Source: a bacterium (lineage in GTDB: Bacteria > Zixibacteria > MSB-5A5 > GN15 > FEB-12). From it: DNA of 64,000 bases. The position numbers and the translations under genes are program-made. Location of the stretch: contig JBDRNJ010000027.1 of NCBI GenBank assembly GCA_043811375.1, positions 15,539 through 79,538 on the forward strand, given 5' to 3'. Shown in pieces: positions 10,002 to 18,929 of the stretch; positions within the stretch are counted from its first letter, which is position 1, and every line of letters starts with the position of its first letter. A model generated the notes under the pieces. That model was given only the letters and a program-made list of their open reading frames with translations. It searched no databases and was not told where the DNA came from.

Positions 10002-10661
10002 TCAAGATTCTACCCACGAACACCCCCTGCCAAGTGTCCCCTCCCGAGGACTAGATTGAAACTGTTTGAGCATGATAGTCGAGGAGTCTGTCCCGTATTT
10101 TCGTGCACTGTCATAGCTGGCACTCGCTTCCTGCTTCCTACCCAGATAGCCCAGAACAGTTGACCGCAAGAACCAAGCTGTTCCAGAACTACGATTCATG
10201 AGAATCGCTCGGTCAATACTATGTAGCGCGGAATTGAGTGCTCGCATAGCACTATCATTCTGGTTTCGTTGTGCTAAGTCCTCTCCCCACATGGCCAAAG
10301 CGCCACCTTCGAGCTCAAATGCGCTTGAGCGGAGTTCCTGGCTAAGTGCGGTGTCTGCGGCGAGCCTCCGAAAACTTGTGACGGCATCACGGTATTGTCC
10401 CATTGTCAACTTGAACACCCCCTCGTCTATCAACTCTTCGTATGCGGCAGCTGACTGGTTTACTTTTGACATCTCTACTTTGATCTGCTCGAGAAAGTCA
10501 GGCCATAAGGCAACAAAGTAGAACAGGAACGGTACAGTTATCAACCAGATAAGGCGACTTCGCCTTAGTTTGATCTTCTTATAAGCTCTCCATGCACCCC
10601 TATCTGTCACCCAAAGTAGAGAGCCAAAGACAAAAATCACAAGCACTATCACTAACCACAT
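10002..10661 (-). CDS. Membrane-anchored TPR protein
   Basis: Two N-terminal TM helices, TPR-like AWFLRS.VLGYLGRKQEA; GGAGG RBS. Confidence 0.75.
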   Translation of the reverse strand: MWLVIVLVIFVFGSLLWVTDRGAWRAYKKIKLRRSRLIWLITVPFLFYFVALWPDFLEQIKVEMSKVNQSAAAYEELIDEGVFKLTMGQYRDAVTSFRRLAADTALSQELRSSAFELEGGALAMWGEDLAQRNQNDSAMRALNSALHSIDRAILMNRSSGTAWFLRSTVLGYLGRKQEASASYDSARKYGTDSSTIMLKQFQSSPREGTLGRGCSWVES

Positions 10662-11070
10662 CTCAAGCCTCCATTGGTGAGCGGCGAATGTTCAAATTCG
10701 ACGTCCATACAGCAATCAAAGACGATTCTTTCCAAAGGCGTTACCCAGAGGACTGAATCGTATGTCGTCGAACAATTCGGGCAGGTTGATACCTCAGGTT
10801 ATGACGCGCTTTGCCCGATGTCAACTGCTAATCCATTTGCATGAATGCAATAGGAAATCTCGTTTCGATGGATTGAGTTCTGTGTATTGAGTAATCCAAG
10901 TGAGCGTAAGTGAATGTTTGATAATATCTTACGACAATGGCGAGGGGCTTGGGATACATATCGAACTCTGATAGGCATAGGGGGACTTAGGATTCGAACT
11001 ATTGAGGAGTTGCCCGTTAAAGAAATCACGAGTTAGGCAGCTTCCACAGGTTGAACTTGGTCAAAGAAGG

Positions 11071-11107
11071 TCGTTTCGAAGCTGAAGCGCAGATGGGCGC
11101 CGGAGCC
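11071..11107 (+). repeat. 37-bp direct repeat, copy 1
   Basis: 35/37 identical to 11953-11989. Confidence 0.9.
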
Positions 11108-11114
11108 ATTCTAA

Positions 11115-11723
11115 TCAGCGTTGACCTTGGTGGAACAGTGCTGGACGTCCATAACCGAACGTATAGCCTAAAGGCCATTCACATCGAACATCTAAGTCGA
11201 GAGACTTGAGTAAGAAGAAAACTGTGTGCCCGGGTGTGTGAGCAAACCTGTGTGTGCTAGTATCTGTTAGTTTTCGTAGTTTTCGTTCACCCAGCTTTGC
11301 TGACAGGCGGGCACGTAGATAAAGCAGCAGCCAGTCCCGATACGCTGGAATCAGCATTGACTCGAAAGCGTGGATCAACTCATGAAGAAGAGTGCATTTC
11401 GATTCAGTATCACTTAATCCAGTTTTGACTAAGATAGTCCGCTTTTTCGAGTCACATCGCCCAAGTGTCGACGATCTAAAACGGCGGTAACGGAAAGCCC
11501 ACCGGACGATTGTGAGACTGCCAGGATCTTGGAGGTCCAACTTTTCCTCTCTTCCGTCGTCATGCTTAAAAAATGCTAACCGGTTGAGAATATACCGAGA
11601 TTGAAGAGTGAGATCGCGGAAATACCGATACTCGTATCGTTGTGCCTGGAGGTACAATTCCCACTCATCTTCCGTCCTTGAGTGGATCCATCCTTCAAAG
11701 GCGTTCTCTCTTTGATGCTTCAT
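11115..11723 (-). CDS. SprT/ImmA-like zincin metallopeptidase
   Basis: TLGRC...TLLHELIH (HExxH) and downstream GH..FF. Confidence 0.75.
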   Translation of the reverse strand: MKHQRENAFEGWIHSRTEDEWELYLQAQRYEYRYFRDLTLQSRYILNRLAFFKHDDGREEKLDLQDPGSLTIVRWAFRYRRFRSSTLGRCDSKKRTILVKTGLSDTESKCTLLHELIHAFESMLIPAYRDWLLLYLRARLSAKLGERKLRKLTDTSTHRFAHTPGHTVFFLLKSLDLDVRCEWPLGYTFGYGRPALFHQGQR

Positions 11724-11952
11724 ACCACCCAGCCTTGTATGTCATTTCTCATCAGCCACCTACGAGCATATTCGAGGCGCCCTATCGGTTTTAGCTCCCT
11801 AACCTTAGTTCAATTTGGCTCTTCTGTCAAGCTGTAGAATGTGTATGCTCGTTAAACCGTAATCCAAGAACATTTATATAATTGGGGGTAGCCACTGGCC
11901 TTCTCCATATTGACATATAGTTCTTGCAACGCCAGAACTTGGGTGCATGCTC

Positions 11953-12146
11953 TCGCTTCGAAGCTGAAACGCAGATGGGCGCCGGAGCCGCCCGCAAGGG
12001 GACGGCTCCTGTTCGGAAGTCTCCGAACCGCCACATTCTGCCTTTCCACTGCCTGTGGCAGCGGCGCTTCTCGCTCACCCTTCGGGGTTCACTGCTGACA
12101 GGAGGTAAAAGGATAGTATAGGGCGCGCGTCAGCGGGTCCTTTTAG
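11953..12146 (+). other. Structured non-coding locus (repeat copy 2, hairpins, possible pseudoknot); candidate origin/oriT or ncRNA
   Basis: GCAA- and TTCG-capped hairpins; crossing pairs gctgac/gtcagc and taaaagga/tcctttta. Confidence 0.5.
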
Positions 12147-12162
12147 ATCAAGAGGTGAAAAG

Positions 12163-12318
12163 ATGAGAGAGACGACTGAAGAATACGATGACGAATCCCA
12201 CGAATTTGCTGTGTGCGGTTTGTGTGACAACGAGTTCGTTCCCTGTGGAAACCGGCAGTGCTGGGGCAATGATTATTGCCCCGATTGTATAGAACCTAAG
12301 GAGTTGGTGAGAAAATGA
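12163..12318 (+). CDS. 51-aa zinc-finger microprotein, missing from the ORF track
   Basis: GAGGTGA RBS; MRETTEEYDDESHEFAVCGLCDNEFVPCGNRQCWGNDYCPDCIEPKELVRK; ATGA overlap with next gene. Confidence 0.7.
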   Translation: MRETTEEYDDESHEFAVCGLCDNEFVPCGNRQCWGNDYCPDCIEPKELVRK

Positions 12319-12605
12319 CCATGGGGAGAATAATCCGCAACGGTGACGGCTTCGAGTTTGTCGAGTTGGACGAGCTTGAGCAGGACGAGATTATCAGGTG
12401 TGCAATCGACAGGAACCTAAACCTCTACACGCGTGTGGAAAAGTCTGTTCAGGAGCATTTGTTGGCAACTCATATGCATGATCCCAGCGACTTGCAGAGG
12501 CAATTAGCTCTGGCCATCTTTGAAGTAGTGGCAGTTAGAGCAAATGTGCTGCTGAGAAGTGAGCTCAGCCGCAAGATACATTGGACAAAAGAAGGTCAAG
12601 GATAG
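12315..12605 (+). CDS. Small helical hypothetical protein
   Basis: 96 aa, translationally coupled to the microprotein. Confidence 0.7.
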   Translation: MTMGRIIRNGDGFEFVELDELEQDEIIRCAIDRNLNLYTRVEKSVQEHLLATHMHDPSDLQRQLALAIFEVVAVRANVLLRSELSRKIHWTKEGQG

Positions 12606-12869
12606 ACTGAGGAGTCAAAGGCTGGGCTCCGAACCGACACTTGGGCAGGAGCATAAGGTCCTCATGGCAAAGAAGGACTCATCCAACCAGAAGCTCTGTT
12701 ACAAGAGAGCCTTTCTGGTTCCAATGACTGCGAGAACGCTACGGAGTTGGCCGCGATGCAGGAGAATCGTCTGAATGTGGAAAATTGGCAGCTTGCTTTA
12801 GCTGACCGGTTGTACTATTATTGATAAGACTCTGTGAATGCGTACTTGGCACAGATGTAGGAATTTTGC

Positions 12870-15002
12870 ATGGGACGGGTACTACTAAGTGCACCTGTAG
12901 CCGACATTGCTGATGAGCTCAAGCGATTTGCACACGCTGAGGAACTTTCATTCCGGAAAGTTGACAGCTCTCTTGATTGTTCGGCCCTTGATTACGTCGG
13001 GGAGCATCCGAAGCATCCCAGCGACAGCTGGATTCGATGGGAATTACGGGAACAGGCGAATGGCGTTGTTCTAAATGTTGACGTGGGTATACTTCGGGGT
13101 GCGCTGAGATTCACAGGCGTAATTCTGCTCCTTGGTATGGGCGGTCTTTGTGTGGTTTTCCTAATGCTCTCCGGTCTTGTCCCTATTGCCTTTCAGTCTC
13201 GCCTGGGACGGCTGCTAGTCATCGGATCGCTGTGCACTGCTGCTGTTGCTGGTCCATTTGTATTGTTTCTTACGCACCGTGCACGTCGGGCTGAGTGGGA
13301 TTTCTTCTCCCATCTTGAGAAATCATTCAGTTTCCGGATCTTGGAGCCAGTTGAAGGCAAAGTGTTTGGAAGAAATACGGATGCATTGCTGTTCATGCCA
13401 GCTTCATTGGTTCTGGTCGTTTGCTTCAGTCTCTTTGTTCCTCTTGTGGGAGTGCCTTTTCTTTTGATTGCTGGGTCAATGATGCTGACCTACTTATGTA
13501 GGATTGTACTCCAGCGCGGTCAGATTTCGAGTTGGAGGGCAGATATTGCAACTAACTACTTTGAGTGGACGATACCCGTGGCAACGGCGGTAGCTTGCCT
13601 GGTGCTTGTCTGTGGCTCGCCGCTGGCTCTGGAAGTCTATGTTCAGAACTACGATGAAGAATCCACCCCACTTGGCTATCTTCGGGTTAGACGAGATCCG
13701 CTACTGCTATTCGAGCGAAGAGATGAAGATCCTGTTGAACTGAAGGCGACATGGACACAGAGGGTGGTCAGCTCGATAACAGAAGCGCCAGTGAATACCG
13801 AACCGTTGTCAGTGAACGGGCAACCGCGAAGCGGCACATCTGAGAGAAAGTTGACAGGGGAAGCCTTGCGAAAGATGGCCAGGGACATCAGGCGGCTCAT
13901 TGGTGACATGTCAGATACAAATGTGTGGATTGTGATCCTGCTCATGGGCCTTACCCTAGCCAAGGTCATTCATCTGGGAGGCAAGTGGAGACACGTATTT
14001 GTGTCCGGTACGAAGTCTCCAGGTCGCATAGGGGAGCTCTATATAGAAGATGTAAAGCTTAAGGGCCTAAGCCGGTCTTTACTGGTGACGTCAAGCGCGC
14101 TGGCAATGCTGTGTGGACTGGCCCATGGCGTTCTTATCATACAGTTGGTCGCCTACGTTTTTGGCGTGCAGTTCCTTTTGATTGATGAAGTCCATGTACT
14201 ATTTGCTCGTGTCGACGCGATGCGCATGGCTGGCCTTGAAGGTGCCAGTTTGCAATCCCAGGTCTCAAACCACACGTTGTGGTTGTGCGCGCTGACTGCT
14301 TGGTCGTTACCAACTGCCTTGATTGCAGCGAATCGGCTTATTAGAAGGCTTCGGCGTATTTACTTCAGCACCAAGCGACGGTTGCACTCATCTTGCGAGA
14401 TAGATTTACCATTCTGGCTGGGGCAAGGCATCCGCAAATGGTCGGCTGCGATTGGTGTAACTACACCGAAACTCGTAATCACAGATTCCAGAGACGTTAG
14501 AGTGCACTCGGAGTGGCGCTTGTTCCAGGGAAGCGGAGCCGTAGTCGTGACACAAGGAGCATTGACTGTACTGCGGCGGGGCGAAATGAAGGCAATTGTG
14601 TGCCACGAATTAGGACACCTGCAGCGAGATTGTCGACGCATCTCCTTGCTTACGCTGTTCTGTAGAGTGACGCTCGTGCCTTATGGCTTTGCAACACTGT
14701 TTTACGATTTCGAACGTGCAGAGGTACTAGCGGATGAAGTGGCAGTAACTGCTTGCGGTAGCAAGAGGCAACTGATTTCGGGATTGGCTAAACTTTCCAT
14801 GGTAATGCGGGTGAATCGGGAGTCTCAAAGCAGGTTTAAGGGGAGTGAATCGTGGAGCCCGTCCCTCTGGATGCGGACGGGATGGCAACAACTCAGAGTC
14901 TTGTATGATTTGTATCTGGGAGAAGAAATGGTCGGCTATTCTTATCCAACTTTTGTTGCTCGACTGAATCGCTTGCGGGTAAGTCAGGGCGAAAATACCT
15001 GA
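12870..15002 (+). CDS. Polytopic membrane protein with C-terminal M48/M56-type zinc peptidase
   Basis: Many TM helices; VVTQGAL, AIVCHELGH, EVLADE, YPT..ARL. Confidence 0.85.
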   Translation: MGRVLLSAPVADIADELKRFAHAEELSFRKVDSSLDCSALDYVGEHPKHPSDSWIRWELREQANGVVLNVDVGILRGALRFTGVILLLGMGGLCVVFLMLSGLVPIAFQSRLGRLLVIGSLCTAAVAGPFVLFLTHRARRAEWDFFSHLEKSFSFRILEPVEGKVFGRNTDALLFMPASLVLVVCFSLFVPLVGVPFLLIAGSMMLTYLCRIVLQRGQISSWRADIATNYFEWTIPVATAVACLVLVCGSPLALEVYVQNYDEESTPLGYLRVRRDPLLLFERRDEDPVELKATWTQRVVSSITEAPVNTEPLSVNGQPRSGTSERKLTGEALRKMARDIRRLIGDMSDTNVWIVILLMGLTLAKVIHLGGKWRHVFVSGTKSPGRIGELYIEDVKLKGLSRSLLVTSSALAMLCGLAHGVLIIQLVAYVFGVQFLLIDEVHVLFARVDAMRMAGLEGASLQSQVSNHTLWLCALTAWSLPTALIAANRLIRRLRRIYFSTKRRLHSSCEIDLPFWLGQGIRKWSAAIGVTTPKLVITDSRDVRVHSEWRLFQGSGAVVVTQGALTVLRRGEMKAIVCHELGHLQRDCRRISLLTLFCRVTLVPYGFATLFYDFERAEVLADEVAVTACGSKRQLISGLAKLSMVMRVNRESQSRFKGSESWSPSLWMRTGWQQLRVLYDLYLGEEMVGYSYPTFVARLNRLRVSQGENT

Positions 15003-15084
15003 GCTTGAGACCTTCAGGGTCGGCCATCCACACATGAGTCTCAATTGGTGTAGTTGACGGGAAAGGAAGTAAAGCAGTAAGGAA

Positions 15085-15933
15085 ATGCAGACTGAGGTAC
15101 TCTTACATAAAGCATGCTCAAATGCCGCGGAGATAATCTTCCCGGAGGAGGCGTTGTACTTTGAAGAAATATGGTCAGCATATGTGGACATTCGCAAGAG
15201 ATCAAGGACCGCATCCAGTCAGAGTGGTGAGGTTATTGGGCTGGATGAATCTGCTTATCTCGGAGCCATCAGCGGTGATGCCGTGGCAGCGTTTTATAGC
15301 CTGTTCTCAGTGATAGATTCCGCACTTGCAGATTTCGCCAGTAGTCAGGCAGAGCCAACCTTGAAAAGCATTGAGCACACCTTGAACAGGTACGCAGAGA
15401 AGCTCCGGATGGAGCCTTGGCTACGTCGGCTAGTCCGAATGCATATCCCAGGAATTCTTCATACTGTTCTCAGTGGTGGTGTTGAACTGCCACAAGAAAC
15501 GCTTCGCACTGAAAATGTGATTGATGAAGACGGAGAAAGTTTATGGGTACATTCCCATCACTACAAGGGGGAAGCGGACACGGACGCTGTTGAAAAGTTC
15601 CTAGAGTCACATGAGTATGATATCATCATGGATGAGCGTGTTCCGATGTGTTGGGTACGCAAGTCGGATGGAACAAAGAGACGCTTGGGCGTAGCTGGGC
15701 CACAATGGGAGCTATTGAAACAGTTTCTACTGAGTGTTGGTGGTTGTTGTACCTACCAAGCAATTGAGCAGGATGTATATGGGGGGGAGTATGTTCCCAA
15801 TAACACGATTCACGCTCTAAAAAAGAGACTCATGGAGAAACTTCCAAGCATGTTTGAAGACTCAGTTGTTGGTGATGAAGCAGGTTACTTAATTGATCCG
15901 GAGCGGCGGCTCCGCTTCCTGCTCGTGTATTAA
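15085..15933 (+). CDS. Unknown N-terminal domain plus OmpR-type winged-helix DNA-binding domain
   Basis: C-terminal WELLKQFL..CTYQAIEQDVYG..NTIHALKKRLMEKL..GYLI. Confidence 0.7.
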   Translation: MQTEVLLHKACSNAAEIIFPEEALYFEEIWSAYVDIRKRSRTASSQSGEVIGLDESAYLGAISGDAVAAFYSLFSVIDSALADFASSQAEPTLKSIEHTLNRYAEKLRMEPWLRRLVRMHIPGILHTVLSGGVELPQETLRTENVIDEDGESLWVHSHHYKGEADTDAVEKFLESHEYDIIMDERVPMCWVRKSDGTKRRLGVAGPQWELLKQFLLSVGGCCTYQAIEQDVYGGEYVPNNTIHALKKRLMEKLPSMFEDSVVGDEAGYLIDPERRLRFLLVY

Positions 15934-15952
15934 AGCACCTTATAGTCCCTTA

Positions 15953-16543
15953 TCAATCGGCAACCTGGGCTGATAACCCTCGGTTCGAGAGCATCTTTTC
16001 AGCGGCAATACTGGGGTGCGCGTAGATGTCCAGTAAGTCTCGCAGCAACTCTGCGTAGGTTGTGCAAAAGCCATCATAGTCAATGTAGAGCGGTGCATCG
16101 CTAAGGGTAATCCCCAACTCCGACACCAAGTGAGTAACAACATCTTGTTGGATGTCTGTCCTCAGATCGTCGAGCCTCTTCTGGATTCCGACCAAGTGCA
16201 CATAACGGCTAGGCTGCCGTTCAATAAGGTCTTCATGGAGTATTGGGTAATCTGCTGCATTGCCGCCGGCTAATGGCCCTAGCGCAAAGACATCAACTAC
16301 CGCAGAACTACGGTCGTGCAGGCGGAAATACTTGGCGGCCAGTGCCTTTGCAGCCGTGGCGACAAGCTCTTCATCGTCAGCTTGAAGAGGGTAGTCCTCA
16401 GCAACCCTCCCTGAGATGTTCCTCCCGCGAAGGTAGTCTGTGCAGACGTCAGATAGGTTTCTACCATTATCGCGGAAACCGTCGATAGACCACGACCTAT
16501 ATTGCCAATATCCCTTCTGATCAGGCAATTCTATTACTGTCAT
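15953..16543 (-). CDS. Hypothetical protein
   Basis: About 196-aa ORF, ATG 21 nt after a BRE-TATA-like box. Confidence 0.65.
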   Translation of the reverse strand: MTVIELPDQKGYWQYRSWSIDGFRDNGRNLSDVCTDYLRGRNISGRVAEDYPLQADDEELVATAAKALAAKYFRLHDRSSAVVDVFALGPLAGGNAADYPILHEDLIERQPSRYVHLVGIQKRLDDLRTDIQQDVVTHLVSELGITLSDAPLYIDYDGFCTTYAELLRDLLDIYAHPSIAAEKMLSNRGLSAQVAD

Positions 16544-16564
16544 GAATTGCAATGGATGAAAGCC

Positions 16565-16582
16565 TTTATAAAGTTTTTCCCC
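16565..16582 (-). promoter_or_regulatory. Archaeal-type BRE-TATA-like promoter
   Basis: GGGGAAAAAC-TTTATAAA ending 21 nt before ATG 16543; no Shine-Dalgarno. Confidence 0.45.
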
Positions 16583-16763
16583 TATGTGTACCTAGTCCAT
16601 CAGGACTCAGTCATCACCCCGTAAGCGTTTCGTCAGGTTGACCTTATTACTTGAAGGCAGGTCGCGAGGCCTGCGTGAAGCTCGTGACCTCTTGAACGGA
16701 GAAGATGAAATGATCACGAGAGAACTTCGCAAGCAATGTCTTGAATGTAAGGAGGACACCATC

Positions 16764-17321
16764 ATGCCAAATGAATTGAAGGTCTTGGTCCTTATAGACC
16801 AGGCGAATCTGCACGGGCAGGCCACTTCACTTAACAAGCGGTTCAACATAGTGAAACTCTATGAGCGCCTCCTCGGGTCTGAGAACGGTGTCGGCCGAGG
16901 CGATTGCATCGTGTATGCGCCGGTGCTGCCGGGGAATCCGGACGGTTCACATGGGAACCACGACTGGCTCAGGCATTCAGGGTTGCAGGTGGTAAGCAAG
17001 CGAGCGAAGCGCCTTCCTGATGGTACCGTGAAGTGTGATATGGACGTGATCCTTGCACTGGACGCAATGGAACTGGCTCGGGAGGCAAAGCCGGATGTCA
17101 TCATCTTGGCGTCGGGCGACGGCGATTTCTCTCCGCTGGCGATCAGGCTCCGGAGAATGGGAATAAGGGTCGAAGCGGCAAGCTGCAAAGGAAGCTTGGC
17201 AGGTGAACTCCGCGCAGCTTGTCAGCGTGTCATCGAACTGGACGAGTTTTTCTCAAAGCCTGAGAAGATGGATGAAAGCGCGGTCATCACTGCGGTTCCT
17301 AGTGTTCAGGATGTCGCATAG
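16764..17321 (+). CDS. NYN domain (LabA/DUF88, PIN-like) ribonuclease
   Basis: LIDQANL, KCDMDV.LALDA, ASGDGDF, GIRVE; AAGGAGG RBS. Confidence 0.92.
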   Translation: MPNELKVLVLIDQANLHGQATSLNKRFNIVKLYERLLGSENGVGRGDCIVYAPVLPGNPDGSHGNHDWLRHSGLQVVSKRAKRLPDGTVKCDMDVILALDAMELAREAKPDVIILASGDGDFSPLAIRLRRMGIRVEAASCKGSLAGELRAACQRVIELDEFFSKPEKMDESAVITAVPSVQDVA

Positions 17322-17349
17322 GACAATGAAACGATAGGAGGAAAAAACC

Positions 17350-18219
17350 ATGAATAGGCTTCAGATTCGGAGAATGAGGAACAGGCTGGATCAGCTTCAC
17401 GATCCTCGCCGTCTGAGGGCAGAGCTGCTTCGCTGTCGGAAGATTGCCTGGTTGGACAGGTCCAAGCTTCGTGGTGAGGAAATCAATGTAGTCAGGCAGT
17501 TCCGGAAGCAATACGGGCGATGGTTCGGGGACGAGGGGATGCCAAGGTTTCCTTCCGACGAATGGAGCGCAAAGCTGAAAGGAAAGTCAATGAAGATTGG
17601 TGGCTGGGTTGGTCTTGCGCTTGAGAGTGGTATAGCAGCGCTTGTCTCTCCCGGCGTTCTAGCAATGCCACCTGTAAGGGCGGCCGTGGTCGGAGTAGGT
17701 GTCACCTTGGCGTTCGCAATCATGGTTAAAAAGGGGCTCTTGGCCGTGGGCTATGATGAGGATGACCCGATCCGAAGCCGGAACAGGCTAGCATGGCTCG
17801 GTTCGATCGTCTTGGGGATCAGCCTTTTGATGCTTGTCCCCTTCTTCCTGGGCAGAGCGAGCGCTGAAGTTGGGAGCCTGGCAGGCTGGGCGCTGGGCAT
17901 CCTCGGCGTCTCACTCCCTGTTACCGCCGCAGGCTTGCTGGCAGCCGGTGAGCTGACGTCTTGGCCCCAGCAGCTAACTAGGCAATTCAGGTCAATCCGC
18001 GCCAGGAGAGCGCGGGTAGAGGCCTTTCTGCTTGAAGTGAACATCAAACTGGAGGATTTGAAATGCAGAGCAAAGCACTCACACTGGCGGCCGCGCAGGG
18101 GATATTGGCAACGCTCTTCATCGCGTCATGCATGGAGCAAGAACCAATTCGGCAACAACGGGAACAGGAAGCGAGCTTCGAACGGTTCCAGGTTTTCGTC
18201 GATACGTCGGGCAGTCTAG
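17350..18219 (+). CDS. Four-TM membrane protein with basic helical ends
   Basis: Four hydrophobic segments, AGGAGG RBS; tail overlaps the next gene. Confidence 0.75.
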   Translation: MNRLQIRRMRNRLDQLHDPRRLRAELLRCRKIAWLDRSKLRGEEINVVRQFRKQYGRWFGDEGMPRFPSDEWSAKLKGKSMKIGGWVGLALESGIAALVSPGVLAMPPVRAAVVGVGVTLAFAIMVKKGLLAVGYDEDDPIRSRNRLAWLGSIVLGISLLMLVPFFLGRASAEVGSLAGWALGILGVSLPVTAAGLLAAGELTSWPQQLTRQFRSIRARRARVEAFLLEVNIKLEDLKCRAKHSHWRPRRGYWQRSSSRHAWSKNQFGNNGNRKRASNGSRFSSIRRAV

Positions 18220-18929
18220 ATGAGCAGGAATACCGCACCGTGATAAACTCCGTTTGCGCCTCGCTGGATACGTTGGTGGAATTATTCAGCACTCGGTATC
18301 TATCGGTGATACCGTTTTCGGCGGGGCCGGATCTTTGGAGCGGTTCGCACGTGACGGCAGTCCTGCCGGAACCACCTCTGGTAGAGGTGAGAGCTGACGT
18401 TCAAAACGAAGCTGCGCTTCTGTTCAAGAAGTACCAAGCCAAGCTCCAAAAGGAGGCTGATAAGGAACAGAAGCAAGCGCGGCTTGCTGCTCGAGGTGCT
18501 TATATGAGTGCCGTCGGGGACTCAATTGCGCCTGTCTTGATGTTCCTCTCTGGCCTCCTTCAGGGCGACGCCGAGTGCACCTCGTTGAACGACCTCGCGG
18601 TGCGTTGCGGTTCTGACGGGAGCAACACCTTATCACTTGTCATCACCGACGGCGTGGACGATTGCGGTGCATTGTCGCGCGAATCAGTGGAGAAGCCTGA
18701 GGGCAATTCAGTAACGGTGGTTTTCCTGGTGCCTACGAAACGTGATAGGCAAAAGCACGGGGAGTACGGTGAGCTACTGAAGGCACGGAGTGAAGCCCTG
18801 AAGGTGCTTCTTCCATCGGCGATAATCCTTCCCGGATACATGAGTTCCCGCCTCGATTCATGGCTGAGCGAGATAGTGCAGAAGAGAAAGGGCACGGTTG
18901 GCTCGGATTGGGAGGACCTTGATGGCTAA
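18063..18929 (+). CDS. vWA-domain lipoprotein
   Basis: Lipobox FIASC, MIDAS DTSGS, T, VITDG; coiled insert; GGAGG RBS. Confidence 0.85.
   Translation: MQSKALTLAAAQGILATLFIASCMEQEPIRQQREQEASFERFQVFVDTSGSLDEQEYRTVINSVCASLDTLVELFSTRYLSVIPFSAGPDLWSGSHVTAVLPEPPLVEVRADVQNEAALLFKKYQAKLQKEADKEQKQARLAARGAYMSAVGDSIAPVLMFLSGLLQGDAECTSLNDLAVRCGSDGSNTLSLVITDGVDDCGALSRESVEKPEGNSVTVVFLVPTKRDRQKHGEYGELLKARSEALKVLLPSAIILPGYMSSRLDSWLSEIVQKRKGTVGSDWEDLDG

Noticed and set aside
10975..11010. AGTTCGAATCCT T-loop-like word on the minus strand as an att site
   Set aside because: Flanks do not form a T-stem and do not match tRNA-Asp or tRNA-Val.
190..11830. Scattered TGTCAA words as distal integrase arm sites
   Set aside because: Not clustered, and equal to the reverse complement of the -35 hexamer TTGACA.
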